A DNA stretch of 64,000 bases from the human T2T-CHM13v2.0 reference genome, Homo sapiens (GCF_009914755.1 NC_060941.1); one strand, 5' to 3'; shown: positions 1 through 14,774, numbered from the stretch's first letter. Made by a program: numbers and translations. The notes: generated by a model from the sequence alone, not told the origin.

Positions 1-181
1 GATCAGGTGGAGCCTATGGGAGAGGGGAGCCCACCAGTGGCTGGAAACTCTGGGAAAGGGGCCTGTTGTGTGAATGATTATTGCAACTGTGAAAACAAGT
101 CTAAGAGTGAGGATAAAAAGTTGGAAGTGGATTTACACCAGAGATGCCATGGCAGAAATCGAAGATGGATGATGAATATAG

Positions 182-1075
<894 letters not shown>

Positions 1076-1313
1076 ATTTTGCCCCAATTCTAAATGAAGA
1101 AAATACATAGGCTTGGCAGGTTACAGGGTGCACAAGAATATTAACTTTCCATTTTTCCATACTTACTTCCAAAGTAAGTCACATGTTACTCTGATTAACT
1201 CAACTTACCCCTTCCTCCAATGGCTTTTGCCCGCTTGCCAAATTCATATTAATTCCTCCGAGGTAAAGATCCTCAAGTTTGAAGAAACAAAAATCTGAGT
1301 TAAAGCTCTAAAG

Positions 1314-1395
1314 AGAGCTTGCAGTGAGCTGAGATCGCGCCACTGCACTCCAGCCTGGGCGACAGAGCGAGACTCCATCTCAGGAAAAAAAAAAA
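1314..1395 (+). mobile_element. Severely 5'-truncated AluY
   Basis: gagcttgcagtgag (Y-type), retained CpGs, A-tail; exact 12-bp TSD aaagctctaaag at 1302-1313 and 1396-1407. Confidence 0.92.
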
Positions 1396-1622
1396 AAAGC
1401 TCTAAAGGAACTCCCCAAGAGAAGTTGTAAAAAAGTTTTCAGCAGAGGCAGCTCCATTTAAGGAAGTATTTCACCTCTCCACACCCTAGCTTAGCCACAT
1501 GACAGGGCGATGCTGCTGCCAGGGCCAGCTGTCAGCACTGAGATGGGGGTAGTGAAGCTGAACCGTGGGGTGGACCCCTGGAGTAAGCCTCAGGAGGATG
1601 TGAGTACCATGCTAACTTAGTT

Positions 1623-1698
1623 TCTTCCAATCTGTGGCCACTTCTCTCTATTTCTTGTCTTTCACGATCTTGACAATTTTGATGAGTATTGGTCAATT
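1623..1698 (+). repeat. Dispersed direct copy of 979-1055
   Basis: tcttccaat...ttgtctttca(c/t)gatcttg(a/g)caattttgatgagtattggtcaatt present at both positions. Confidence 0.85.
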
Positions 1699-4183
1699 GG
1701 GGCAATACCGCCAGAGGGTGGCCAGGGTCTGAAACAGGCAAAGCAGAAGAGAGGCACTATACCTGAGCAACGGATGAATGAGGGTCAAAGCCTACAGGAG
1801 GAAGCCAGAGGAGGTAGACAGGACAAGGCTGGAGAGAGAGATTGGACGTGTGATTATGTGGACTACCTCTGATAAAGAGGTCTAAGTCCCTTCTCTATAA
1901 GAGGGCCTTGGAGACCCGGTATGAGATACACAAAGGGACCATTTTACTTAAATTTCAAATACTGAAACTTGTGTTCAAAATTTAATCATAGCAATATTCC
2001 ATAACATGCTAGATAGATGTCTTCATGTTTTGTAGATAAGGTTGTATCTTCCTTCTTCCTTACCACCAGCACTTAACTTATTTCATATAAGAGTGCAGGT
2101 TATAAGATTTAAAGTTCCAGAATAGTCTACATGAATAGAGATCTGTGGAGCTGTGAAGTGCACAACCTCTGCAATTGTACAAAGCAGCCCTGATAGGTGA
2201 TTGAATGAGTAAATGGTACAATATCTTATGGGAAGTGAGTATCCTGTGCTTACTTCTGGGACCCTAATTACTTCCTTGTAACATGAGCAATGCTATCCCT
2301 TTCTCCATGGTGATCACACATTTCAAAAAGTTAACCTAAGTGACACATGGTAACCGCACATAGTAGACACTAAGCAAAATTAGTTCCTTCCTTTTCCTCA
2401 TCAATTCCGTCACATATTAATAAGTATCATATGCATTCTTTAAGCATGGGAGAGGCATGTAGCTGATGTGTGTTCACCAGCCAGTTTAATCTGGAGAGAA
2501 GGGCAGAGTTCACCATCTTCATCCCCTAGATGGAGTCTCCTGGGATATACCAGTGAGGGAAAGTTATTAGTGGTTTTGCCTTCTTGTTCTGGATATTATT
2601 CCATAGGGTCTCTGCTGAGACACCCAGGCCCCAGTGGAGCACGTAATTGTAAGACTCTAGATCTAGCAAACACCCCATCTGCATGCCCTCCCAACACTGA
2701 GAATCTGTACATACTCATTAAAGTAAATGCCCTACTGTGGATTATTTATTACTGCCAGGGTGGGAGTAAAAATCTAATTACTAGTTGTATTATTTTGACT
2801 CATGAGAAGTAAAAAAAAATTTTTTAATCTCTATTAGATTATTCATCAGCCTAGTGATAAGTACTTAACCTCACAACTGCAATGCTTAGTCTATTTTAAT
2901 ACAATTTTCTTACCAAAGTGCAATAAAGACTCACTAATAGACAGTTTTATACATACTCATTGAGGTGTAAACAGACCATAAGATGTTGAAGAAGTTGGAG
3001 GTGGGAGGGTATCTAGGGAAGAGGGTGGGGGCTGCCCATTCAACTGTCATATGAGCTGTGCTGTGAGCCACAGTGGACTTCCATGCAGGAGGATGCAAAT
3101 TTCCACCTGCAAACAGGATGCATGATGAATATGCCTTTAACCAGCCTTGGCTAAAGACAGCAGGGTGTATTAAAAAGCAAGTTGGAGAGATGGGGAGACA
3201 GGCTCACAGCTTCCAGGCTCCTGGTCCTTGGCTATGGCTCTTTTGATTTAGGTGCTTCTTTTGTGCATTAGGCTCAAACAAACTCAGAACAAATCTAGCC
3301 ACGTGTAATATCCTTTGCAGGTGTCCTACTATGACAAAGTCCTCCCTTTTGTGCTTCTGACCTGTCTGCCCTTTTCCTCCTCTCCTTGGCTCTCAGATTC
3401 CTTGCATTCTATCCTGTGCATGTCTTTGGGCGTCTCTTTCTCACCATTCACTCCTGCCTCTGGCTCATCCATGCCTCTTGCATATTATCACTCCCTCCTA
3501 ACTTCTGGGATTGTAGTAGCAGCAGTGGCCACAGCAGGTTCTGGAAGAGAAATACTCCCTTCAGCAGCCTTATCATCAGTGGCCAGTTTTTCCAGTTTAT
3601 CCTGGGTCCTACAGAGATAGAGCATCTAGACTGTCACCTGGTTCTTCCCCAAAGTCTAAGGTGAGCGGGGCTCAGGTTAGGTGAATTCTCCCATATGGGA
3701 CTGATTTTCTTCTTCCATTCCTCCCTTATTCCTCCCTTATTCCTCTTTTTCATTCTGGAGCACCTACCATATGCCTGGAAGCCAGCTCAGTACTAGGGGG
3801 TAAAAAGATCGATAAGACACAGTTCCTGCAAAGCCACATTTCAGCTGGGAAAGCAGGTTTTAAAATGAAGAGTTAGCAAACCATATGATAAGCTTTATGA
3901 AATGAGGGGTCTGAACAAGTTCATCCCCAGAATCTCCTTAAGTTCCAGAATTCTAAAGGTGTAGAATTCTGATGGCATAGAAAATCTTGTGATCTTGGTA
4001 AATAGAGGTGTAGTGATATTGATCTGGTTTCCAGGACTTTCCAAAATTGTCTTGGAAGCTTTGTTCTGATCAGTGCCACTGCAATTCCAATCAGTAGTAT
4101 AATGTTTGCCTTATGGTTCTATGTTTCATCAATCATTTAATGACAATGATATTGCGACTATGCTCGATCACTCCATTGACAGG

Positions 4184-4586
4184 TATGGTAGATTTTCTCA
4201 CTTGGCAACCATTCAGATTTCCTTTTTATTACGTCTTCTAACACAGCAGACACTAGAAAAGCTAGAAATGACATGTCCCAGACTCTCTTGTACCTAGACA
4301 TCTGGCTGTGAGCAAGGTTCTCTCTATCAATGCGCTTGTATGAGACCTAAATTAGAATCTGAGTTCTCAGGGGAAAAGGCAGGAGAGGTGAGATCCTGGG
4401 AGAGGTAAGGAGGATCTCCTGCAGCAGGAGATGTGACTCAGGATTGAGAATTGTTACTGAAAGCTTATCTTATTCCTTCAGCCCTACCAATTATTTTGTA
4501 AGCTACCTAAAACCTAGTAATAAATCCCTTTCCCTTGAACTACCCAGAGTTGTTTCTATTAAGTGCAACTAAGCCTTAACCAACAG
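4184..4586 (+). mobile_element. Ancient ERVL-type solo LTR (LTR33-like)
   Basis: tcccagactctcttgtacctag core; 3' end aataaatccctttccc...agagttgtttctattaagtgcaactaag. Confidence 0.55.
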
Positions 4587-5625
4587 AGCACCTAGAAGGA
4601 AAATAAATTCAGCATAACAGCACAAAATCCCAGTTTACACTAAAATAGAGTACATTTAAAAGTACACATCTTCCCATTTAGCTAATGCAAGAGGCTCTTA
4701 ATTTTGAGGTCACCTCTGTTTTAAAGTAGATATCAAAATTCCCAAGAAGTATGTCCACTTCAGCACTGTGGTTGACAGCGATGACACATCTTTGTCCTTG
4801 TGGCTCTGCAGCCAGCCGGTATGGCTGGGCCCAGACATGAGCATTCCATGCCGGCCGGGCTGGGGCAGGTTCCAGGATTGCCCAGCCTCAGTCTAGGGAG
4901 TTAACAGGGACTCCAACAGTCAATGCAAGACAGTCAACATCTGGGTTTTCTATCTATGGGTATCAGATTTCCAACCACTGATCCAGAGTCCACTAGGAAC
5001 CCATGATTTTTTAGGGTGGAACCCCTAATTCTCGAAGACCCAATTCTTCAAGAAGAGTAAGATTAGAAATTCAGCCAGAACTGTTAAGGTCCTGCCATTT
5101 CCCCAAAACCATCAATTTCTAGGAAATCAATGTCAAACCCATCTGAAGAAACAAACATCACAGCAAGCATTCTGTCACTTTCTGCATGGAATGTTTGTCC
5201 CTGCTTGCATTCCCCCTTAGTCCAGGAATCTTTTCTATTTCAAAAATAATAAATGTGAAGAGAGGAAATCCTCAACAAAGCAGTATCCATTCCATTGGCC
5301 TGTCTCCCGAGACCTTTGACTTTGCAAGAATATTTTAGTTTCAACCTTTCTCCTCAGCACCATAAACACTGCAGTGACAATTTATTCCTTTCCAGCAGCC
5401 ATAAAAATCATCTCCCTTATTTCTCAAAACCATGGCAAATTAGCACCTTTGACCTTCTTTTTCTCAGGCCCTGTCTTTCTCTCTCATGGTGCAGACACAT
5501 GAACAATTTATGATGTTCCATGGAGGGTTCTCCTTTCTTGAATGCTGATAGAAAATTCCAGCCAGCAATCTCCATACTAATCTGTCCCTCTGCTTATCTC
5601 AAGCCTGTAGAAATAAATCCAAAGT

Positions 5626-5926
5626 AACATTTTCCAAAATGTGTTTTATAGCTCACCAGGCCTATGAAATGTTATTAGGTGTCCCACAAATAAAGTATTT
5701 TGTAGTCAAGTAAGTTTGGAAAACACTGCATGCTTTCTTTAGAGTTCAGAATACATATTTGCATATTAAAGGCTCTGACAAATCCTAAAGAAATGTATTC
5801 AAATTTCAAATTTATTTAGCCCAGAATCTCCCAGTTTATTTAAACATGGAGGGTTTTTTGTTTGCTTCCTAGCTATTAAAATTCTGTGCAACAGTGTTCT
5901 GTGGGTGCAAGTTTGAGTAGATGATG
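5626..5926. mobile_element. hAT-Charlie MITE (MER103C-like)
   Basis: catttttccaaaatgtgtt-type end, agtttggaaaacactg and catattaaaggctctgacaaatcc motifs. Confidence 0.5.
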
Positions 5927-6108
5927 ACATTTGAAAATAGAAAGTTGAATTAAACAACCAGGGGTTTGGACATGAGATGAGATTCCAATTTCTATAACAA
6001 CTGCTGCTGATGGGTGAGACTCATAGCCAAGGGGCTTAATACAGAGTCAGGCTGAGTAGCTTCCTCTTGCCCAAGGTTATTTCTGAAAAGGAGTATAGGA
6101 CTAAATCA

Positions 6109-6642
<534 letters not shown>

Positions 6643-6648
6643 TGTTAA

Positions 6649-6816
6649 GCTGTGGTTCTCCATACTGCCTATAACTTAGAATTACCTGGGGAACTTTAAA
6701 AATATAGGTATCTGAGATCTGTCCCCAGGGATTGCAATTCAAATGTTCTGAGGCAGAGCTATAGAGTTTGTACTTTTAAAAACTCCCTGTCATGCAACTA
6801 AGGTCGAGAACCACTG
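6649..6816. mobile_element. MER5A-like hAT MITE
   Basis: Terminal inverted repeats gtggttctc...gagaaccactg; ttagaattacctggggaactttaaaaat core. Confidence 0.75.
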
Positions 6817-7084
6817 GTCTAACCCAGACGAATGCCATGGATAATGAGGATTTAGGAGTCTCAGGAGACATGATAAGAACCACCACTTTGAGCCTTTCCA
6901 CAGATAAGTGCTGCCTTTGGAACCTGGTTCACTATGATAAGTTAGAACCACCTGAAGAGCATCCATGGCCTTTTAGAAGGACCCCTCATAGATGTTATCA
7001 GATGCAAAAGCTACACCACCCTTTTAGGCTCAGTTACTTCTGTAACTTCTTCCTTAAAGTTGATTTAGGAGTTGTACCATTCTA

Positions 7085-7257
7085 TCTTCTCCGGGTCTCA
7101 GTATGTTGTCAGAACCACACCCTTCTTGCGAGCAGGCTTGTATGCCAACCAGAAGGCTAACAGCCTTAATTACAGAATGTCCTTTCCCTAGGAGTTGGTC
7201 AAAGTCATCTTGACATCCTCAGTTGGGTGGAGAATCTTGGGTTATGTAGAAAATCTC
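7085..7257 (+). repeat. 173-bp local direct duplication, copy 1
   Basis: Ungapped match to 8468-8640, 7 mismatches by hand count (about 96%). Confidence 0.97.
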
Positions 7258-8064
7258 AGAGAGGGGAATCGCCTCAAATGTGCACAGGCTTGGTATTCCA
7301 TCATTGGTCACAAATGTTTCTTATGGAATAAAAATACCTAAATGTATTAAGTAGTTCCTGCAGTAGACAATTTGCTTGAGCTACCTAGTTTAAGGCTTTT
7401 TTTTTTTTTTTTTTTTTTTTCCACTTAGCGTTCTTGCCTTAGGAAAGTAAACCAAGCCTCCTGGAAAGTAATTATTTTCCTGACTATTAAGTGGCAGAAC
7501 TGGAATTAGAATTCATACCAGCATGGCTCTAAAGCTCCTGCTTTTCTGACTGCACTACTGACCAGAGCATTGAGACACACAGACCGGCTCTAGTTCAGAC
7601 CCAGGACAGACATGACTGATCCCACATCTCACTGGAAATTATGATTTCAGACAACTGGAAAATTCTCATTCATCAGAGGATAGAGCTACCCATCAAGCCA
7701 TGTAATGTCTTCCCTTGCATCATAGCTTGTCCTCTGCTGCTGGCTTCAGAGGCATGTGCTGACATAGATAAGGAGTGCTCAGTGCCTGTGCTCTAAAAGA
7801 GTGATGTGCGAGGACAGATAATATGCAAAGTAGGGATGCTAGGGAGAGTAAAATGCTAATATGGGGTTTGAACCTGTAGATAGAGAATTCAGTCAACCAC
7901 CTATTATCTGCAGTTGTAAACAGGAGAGAGGTAGTTGTCACTGGTATGTCCTGAAGCCGTTCCTCACCCTGCTGGGGCAGGGAAATGTGATAGTCTGACA
8001 TCAGACAAATGAGAGAATGACCAGGGACAGGTCTGTGAGGGTGGTCGCAGGCAGGCTGAAGTTC

Positions 8065-8379
8065 TTTTTTTGTTTGTTTTTTTGCGTCAGGTTCTTGGTT
8101 CTTGCTCTGTTGCCCAGGCTGGAGTGCGGTGGCATAATCTCGCCTCACTGCAACCTCTGCTTCCTGGGCTCAAGTGATCCTCCTACCTCAGCCTTCTGAG
8201 TAGTTGGGACTATAGGCACAAGCCACTATGCCTGGCTGCCCAGCTAATATTTTAATTTTAATTAAATTTTTTTTTTTTTTTTTGTAGAGACAAGTTCTCA
8301 TTACATTGTCCAGGCTGGTTTTGAACTCCTGGGCCTCCAAAAGTGCTGGGATTACAAGCGTGAGCCATCGCACCTGGCC
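8065..8379 (-). mobile_element. AluJ with small internal deletion
   Basis: gggctcaagtgatcctcc J-type motif; TSD tga(a/t)gttctt at 8057-8066 and 8381-8390. Confidence 0.9.
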
Positions 8380-8467
8380 TTGATGTTCTTAAAAGAGGCT
8401 GTTGCTTGACAGGCATCTGCTCCCTTATTACGTGTCTGGTTGGCTTTTGTAACCAGGAGACCTATGG

Positions 8468-8640
8468 TCTTCTCCGGGTCTCAGTATGTTGTCAGAATGA
8501 CACCCTTCTTGCAAGCAGGCTTGTATGCCAACCAGAAGGCTAACAGCCTTAATTACAGAATGTCCTTCCCCTAGGAGTAGGTCAAAGTCATCTTGACATC
8601 CTCAGCTGGGTGGAAAATCTTGGGTTATGTAGAAAATCTC
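8468..8640 (+). repeat. 173-bp local direct duplication, copy 2
   Basis: Ungapped match to 7085-7257. Confidence 0.97.
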
Positions 8641-11600
8641 CTAAAAAGTTCCCCCAGCAAACCTTGGGCCTATCTTCAATGCTGAGTAAGTATTCCACTC
8701 CTAACATTTTGGGCAGCTGAGAGAAGATGCATGATGGAAATGCACCAGTTCTGAGGCTCAACATGTGTCCTTCACTTATGAGAAACCAGGTGGTACATTA
8801 AGAGGTTCAAGGTGGAATCACAAGAGCCCTCCCTTCACTGCTTATTGTACAAACACCTGCGAGTATATTCATGCTGTTAACAAAACGATACATCACCAAT
8901 CTCTCTTGAGACTACTGGTTTCATTCACCCTCTCCTATAAGGCTGTTGGAATGCAAGTATCTTATAGGACTCTCTACATTTCTCTAGGTCTTTGCATCAT
9001 TTTGGTGAAAAAGGATCTGACATCAGTTCTGTGGCTTTGGCATCAAGACCTACTGGGATCTTAACGAGGAGGCTGAGCTGTTGGCACTGAGCAAAGTCAT
9101 GGATAGACTGACTTCTCTGGCTACAAGTCTTGAATTCTAATTACTCTGGTCCATGGGACATGCCTAAGCTGGGACATCACTGGCTTTACTGATGCTCATG
9201 GCTGTTTGATTTCTTGGGCAGGGTCTCCTTTCAATCAGCTGAAAGATGCTCTTTTGGGTTTTAGGTTCTATCTAGGATGTAATCAGCTCTTAACAAGGGT
9301 TGGGTATAGAGAGCTCAGGTAAATCCTTGGGAGAGGGGGCTGGCTAAGTAGAAGCAGGGAGTCAGGATCTCAACCCAATAGGCCAGGCATCAGGGCAGTG
9401 GGAATGGAAGAGAAACCAAGAACCCTTGAAGCGGAGGTCCTGTTTTATGCCCTTGTCCCATAAAGACAGGTGAGGTGAGGACTACTGCTCAGTATGCACT
9501 GGGATCCTGGGGGTCAGGCGATAAGACAACTCCAGCATCCTTCCCCTGATGGGAGTGGGATGTCTTAAGCTCTGGTTTTCTTCAACACAGACATCCTGAA
9601 AGATTGGACCCTGCAGCTAAGAAGCATTGGAGAAGGCAAATGCTGGCAGTCTCACCTTGCAATTGCCATCAATGGTGCTCCATTTCCATGCACCTCCCAT
9701 TTGACTATCTCTGCTTGCTTCTCAATGGTCTCTGAAAATGATCTCTCTTTGTCATCTAGTTTTGCTTCCCATGTGACCCATTACTCATTCTCCCTTTGGT
9801 CTCACTTGTCCCTCCTCTCTACCATGAGCCCACCAGGCTCATCTCAGCTCTGCTCTTAGTTGTAATTCCTATTGTTTGTTTTTCTGGAATTCTTTTCTTT
9901 CTTCCGGATGCCTCCCCAAGTTGTACATCTTGAAGGCAACGTGGAGATCTGTCTTTTCCTTAAATCCTCTGCCAACTCCTGCCGTTGACTGACCACTTCA
10001 TTGTAACCCTGAATGCTTGTAGCGCTTTCACAATATGCTCTAAAATTGAGAGTTTAATTCTGTACTGTCTTTAATTGTAGGCTCTTATTTAATGTCATCC
10101 TTCTCATTCTGCTCAATTCAACAAGCATTTATGAATATTGATAATGGGCCACAGTGGGACAGCACATTAAGTTGGAGACAGTTCTTGCAAACATAAAAAT
10201 AGCACCTACTCAGTGCAGGGCAGTTTTTTTCCCTCACACTGAATTTCAAGCTTCTTTCACAGTACATAACACTAGCATTCACTGAGCACTTGGTTCTCAC
10301 AGACTGTACGGAGAAATTTCCCATTATCTTATTTCCTCCTTACAGTGTCCCAGTGTGCACAGCAGCTTTCCATCATTCTCTGCCCTGGAACCCCCTTTGA
10401 GAAATTCTGTGCCCGCTGTATTCTTAGAGACACGGACCCCATGGTCACGTTGAGTGGGCAGTAGGCCACATGGTATGGTCCATTAGTTGTGGCCCCCTAC
10501 TCTGATGCTGACCAAAGCTGGAACAACCAGTTTCTTTTTCTTCAGTATTTGTAATTTGGACTAAAAAATTCCAATGTCTGTTGGATGACAATATTGAGCC
10601 AGGGGTCAAGGACACCATATTGGACTATCTATTTTCTGCTGTGTACATAGAGAAGCAGACAGGGGAGGGAGATGATGAATCAGCAAACATGGAGAAAAGC
10701 AGAGGGAAACGGAGAAGGAGAGACAGATGGTGAGAAAGATAAAAAGATGGGGAGATCAAGAAAGCATAACTAACTCCATTGATAACAGCGTCTCAGTTCC
10801 TGATTCCAGCCCTTGTGAGAGCTGGCAGTACTTCCTGCCCTTGAAACACATATCACTACATCTTTCCAACAGTTTCTGGCTTAATGAAGTCAGCTTACCT
10901 GAGTTACTATTACCACCCACCACATACACCTGGTTATGACACACTGTGAGAAACATTACCTTTCCATTTCACAGATTAAATAACTGATCCTTGGTGAGTT
11001 CCACTATCTTTTAGTCAAAGATTGGAACTAGAAATTGAAAGCAGACCTTTGGATTCTAATATACTGCCCTATGCTTAAAACCTAACCCAGAGCTAAACCC
11101 CTAGTAGGTCTTCAATTAATACTTATTAATCCCTGGTGAACTGGTCCAGGTCATTCTAGCCTTAATCCCCTATTCCTTCCTTTCTTCTCCCTACTGCTTA
11201 CCTGATGTCCCCTGACTGTTTTCTTAGTCATTTCCTTGGCTCAGGATCAGCCTTCAGCCAAGAAAAGAGCACAGCCATCAGCTGTTGAATGGTGGCCCTG
11301 AAGATTATGTCACCATTTTGACACTGCCATTTGGGGCTGCCTGTGGTCTTGTATCATCAACTATCTTCCATGATAATTGGGAGGGGCAGTTGAAGGCAGA
11401 GGCATCTCCATACCTCAGAAAACCTTAATCAAGAGAACAGCAGTGGTGCCTGCGCTCTTGGCAGTTTATTACAATTCCTGTAACAAGAGGAGCTGTGGGG
11501 ATGTAAGGCATTATCCTCTCCCGTTGTTTCTAACAAAATAGCCCAGAACAGCAGGCCTACAAGGACAAGGTGAGGCCATTCTCCATTCCAAACAACATAT

Positions 11601-12137
11601 ACTTTTTTGAAAATAAAAGAAGCAATTTAAGCATTTTGGCTTCCTGGGGTGAGTTGGCAGGCACACTTCTCATCTCAGGGATGCCTTCGGGTGAAGGTGT
11701 TTTAATAAGAGAGAAAGCGGGAAGAAGATAGCAGAACTCTCCAGAGGCAGAGTGGAACCACGGAGCATGGGCTATGGAGCCCATAGGCTGGGGGGAGGCA
11801 AGAGAGGGGAGACAGGAGAGGGCTTGAGGGGGATGCACGTGGTGGGAGATGCCTTGTTCTGCCTAGGTACATGTGCCCTGGAGTCCGAAGCTCCTGGGAG
11901 AGCCCCATTAACCACAACTCAGAGGTGAAGAATTTAATTCTATTTATTTTGCTTCTTCATTTATCCACAGCAAATAAGAGAATGTTGAAATGATCATTAT
12001 ATAATTTGGGGGTGAGAAGATATTTCCTCAATTACATCTTTTGAGAGCCTATACCCTAATAAGGACATGAACCAAAAGAGGCTGCGTTTCTTTGAAATGA
12101 TGGATATGTTTCTCTCATCCCCTGAAGAGAAAATGTG

Positions 12138-12382
12138 AGGTAGTGGCTCTGGGGCCTGGCTGCTTGGGATTGAACACCAGTTCCTCTGTTTGCTAATGGT
12201 GTGACCCTGAGCAAGTTATTCAATTTCTGCAGACCTCAGTCTCTTCACCACTAAAATAGGAGTAATAATAGCACCACCCTCGTTGAATTGTTATGAGTGT
12301 TAAATGAGTGAATACCCGTGCAGTGCTAAGAGTGGTGCTTGGCATGTAGCAAGAGCCCAGGAAATGTTGGCTATTAATATTC
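12138..12382 (+). mobile_element. MIR, near full length
   Basis: tgtgaccctgagcaagttattcaatttctgcagacctcagt core; 3' aaatgttggctatta. Confidence 0.85.
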
Positions 12383-12499
12383 AAACAGCTTTTGGGGATA
12401 TCGCTACATATTCTGTGCCTAAGATGCAAAGATGAATAAGGGGATATCTGTCCTCAGAGCATCCATATTCCGGTTGGATGACAGACATTAGAAAATAAC

Positions 12500-12680
12500 A
12501 ATATATCAAATTTATTGAGCACTCACTGTGTGGCAGACAGTGTGTCTGGAGCTTAATGAGAGAGATGCTATTACTTATCTCAGGCTCAGAGAGGTTAAAC
12601 AACTGGCCTAATGTCACACAGCTAAGCAGCAGCATAGCCAGGGAGCAAACCCAAGCCTGCCTGATACCACCATCTGATGT
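12500..12680 (-). mobile_element. MIR
   Basis: tttattgagcactcactgtgtggcag...aggctcagagaggttaaacaactggcctaatgtcacacagct. Confidence 0.8.
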
Positions 12681-12789
12681 CTCAATTGCTGATTTTTAGC
12701 ATGGATACTACTTCCTCAGAGAGGATTTGCATTATTCTTCCATCGAGATGATGGAAACATCTCATCCCCAGGTTGGCTCTTCTTCCTCA

Positions 12790-12975
12790 TCCCATTCTGT
12801 TTTCCTTCATAGAATTTGTCACAATTTTAATTGCATTTTTATGGGTCATCTTTTCCCCCAGACTATAAACTTCATGAGGGCAGGGGGCAGATCTGGTGCA
12901 TTCATCACTGCCTGTCTAGTGACTAGCACATGGCCTGACACAGAGCAGGCACTCAATAAACACTACTGGAATGAC
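12790..12975 (+). mobile_element. L2 3' end
   Basis: agactataaacttcatgagggcaggg...ctagcacatggcctgacacagagcaggcactcaataaa. Confidence 0.8.
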
Positions 12976-13498
12976 CACCTATCATGGACTGCCTCTCTGG
13001 AGGGAAGTAGGAAGTTACAGTGTCCTCTGAAATGCTAAAATAACATGAAGGAAACACATGGGGTTACCTCAGGGTGTTGGGGAAGGCAGTTCTGAGGAGG
13101 TGATGTTTGAAGTAGATCTAGAAGGATGGGGGAGCTTGTCCAGTGGAGAGGGAGTGGAGGCTATTTCAACCGTGTGCAGAAACATGTCCCCAGGAAAAGC
13201 CAAAGGGAGTTGAGAAAACAGAGGAAGCCCAGCCTAGCGAAGGGCAAGTGTCAGAAATGTCTTGACTTCCTCGGTTACAGCTCCAGTAAAACCACAGAGG
13301 CCCCCATTTAGGCTGGGCCCAGAGCGAGCGCCTATTGGGAATAAGGTTATTCCCACATGGGGCTGAGTCTTCACACTGCAAAAAGCCCTTTGAAGATCCC
13401 TTTGAGGGAGACTGAAAGAATGATGTTTTTTCTTTATCATCCACAGAGAAAGAAGATAACAGTTTGACTAGGGACCTCTGTGTAATCTACAAATGAGC

Positions 13499-13885
13499 GT
13501 ATCAGTTAGAATTCAGTTGGTTGAAAGAAGTAGAAAACCCCACACTCATGGGAGTTGAAACAGGATGGACACCTGGCTCCATCATGTCCAAGCTCAGGAT
13601 GGGCAGTCCTGGGCCATGGTAGCTCAGTCCCATCAAGTCTTTGGGGACCAGGCAGCTTCCAGCTTTCTGCTGCCCCATGCTGAGGTATTCTCATCGTCCA
13701 GAATGAACTCTGACTGTTACCCCAGTGTTCCAAGAATCAGACTGAAGTAGGCAGGGGAAGAAACAGCTTTTGGAGCCCTCTGCTTATACTTCATTGGCCA
13801 GACCTAGGTATACGACCATACCTGTCTACAAAAAGAGGCTGAGGAATGTGATCTTCATATAGGAGACTGTGTACCCAGCTAACAC
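13499..13885 (-). mobile_element. MaLR solo LTR (MLT1J-like)
   Basis: gtatcagttagaatt start; cattggccagacctaggt...gaggctgaggaatgtgatctt...tgtgtacccagctaa. Confidence 0.6.
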
Positions 13886-14091
13886 CCATAGACCTTAAAA
13901 GAACTTGGAACATATATTGGGATAGACCACAGCAGACCCAGGAGTTTGCAAATTTCTGTTTGCCCTTGGTGTGTGCAATGAAATCATTACCTGGACCAGA
14001 GCTTAATGTATTCTCAAGCTAGCTAACATTCATACTTATGGATTGAATACTACGCCATGTCAATCATTTCGCATTTTAAAAGCAGTGGATC

Positions 14092-14432
<341 letters not shown>

Positions 14433-14464
14433 CTAATAAACTAATAAACTTTATAGGTGATTCT

Positions 14465-14774
14465 GGCAGGATGTGGTGGCTCACGCCTGTAATCCCGGCG
14501 CATTGTAGGCTGAGGCATGTGGATCACCTGAGGTCAGGAGTTCGAGACCAGCCTGGCCAACATCCAAAAACCCGTCTCTGTTAAAAAATACAAAAGTTAG
14601 CTGGGCATGGTGGCGCACACCTGTAGTCCCAGCTACAGGCAGGAGAACTGCTTGAACCCAGGAGGCAGAGATTGCAGTGAGCTGAGATGGCGCCACTGCA
14701 CTCCAGCCTGGGTGACAGAGGACCCTCCATCTCAAAACAAACAAACAAACAAACAAAAATAAAAAAATAAAAAT
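14465..14774 (+). mobile_element. AluSx/Sz-like
   Basis: Alu dimer with (CAAA)n tail; diverged TSD ctttataggtgattct / ctttataggcaattct. Confidence 0.92.

Noticed and set aside
7085-8640. Possible small LTR retroelement (direct repeats around 1.2 kb)
   Set aside because: No TG...CA termini, primer-binding site, polypurine tract or TSD.
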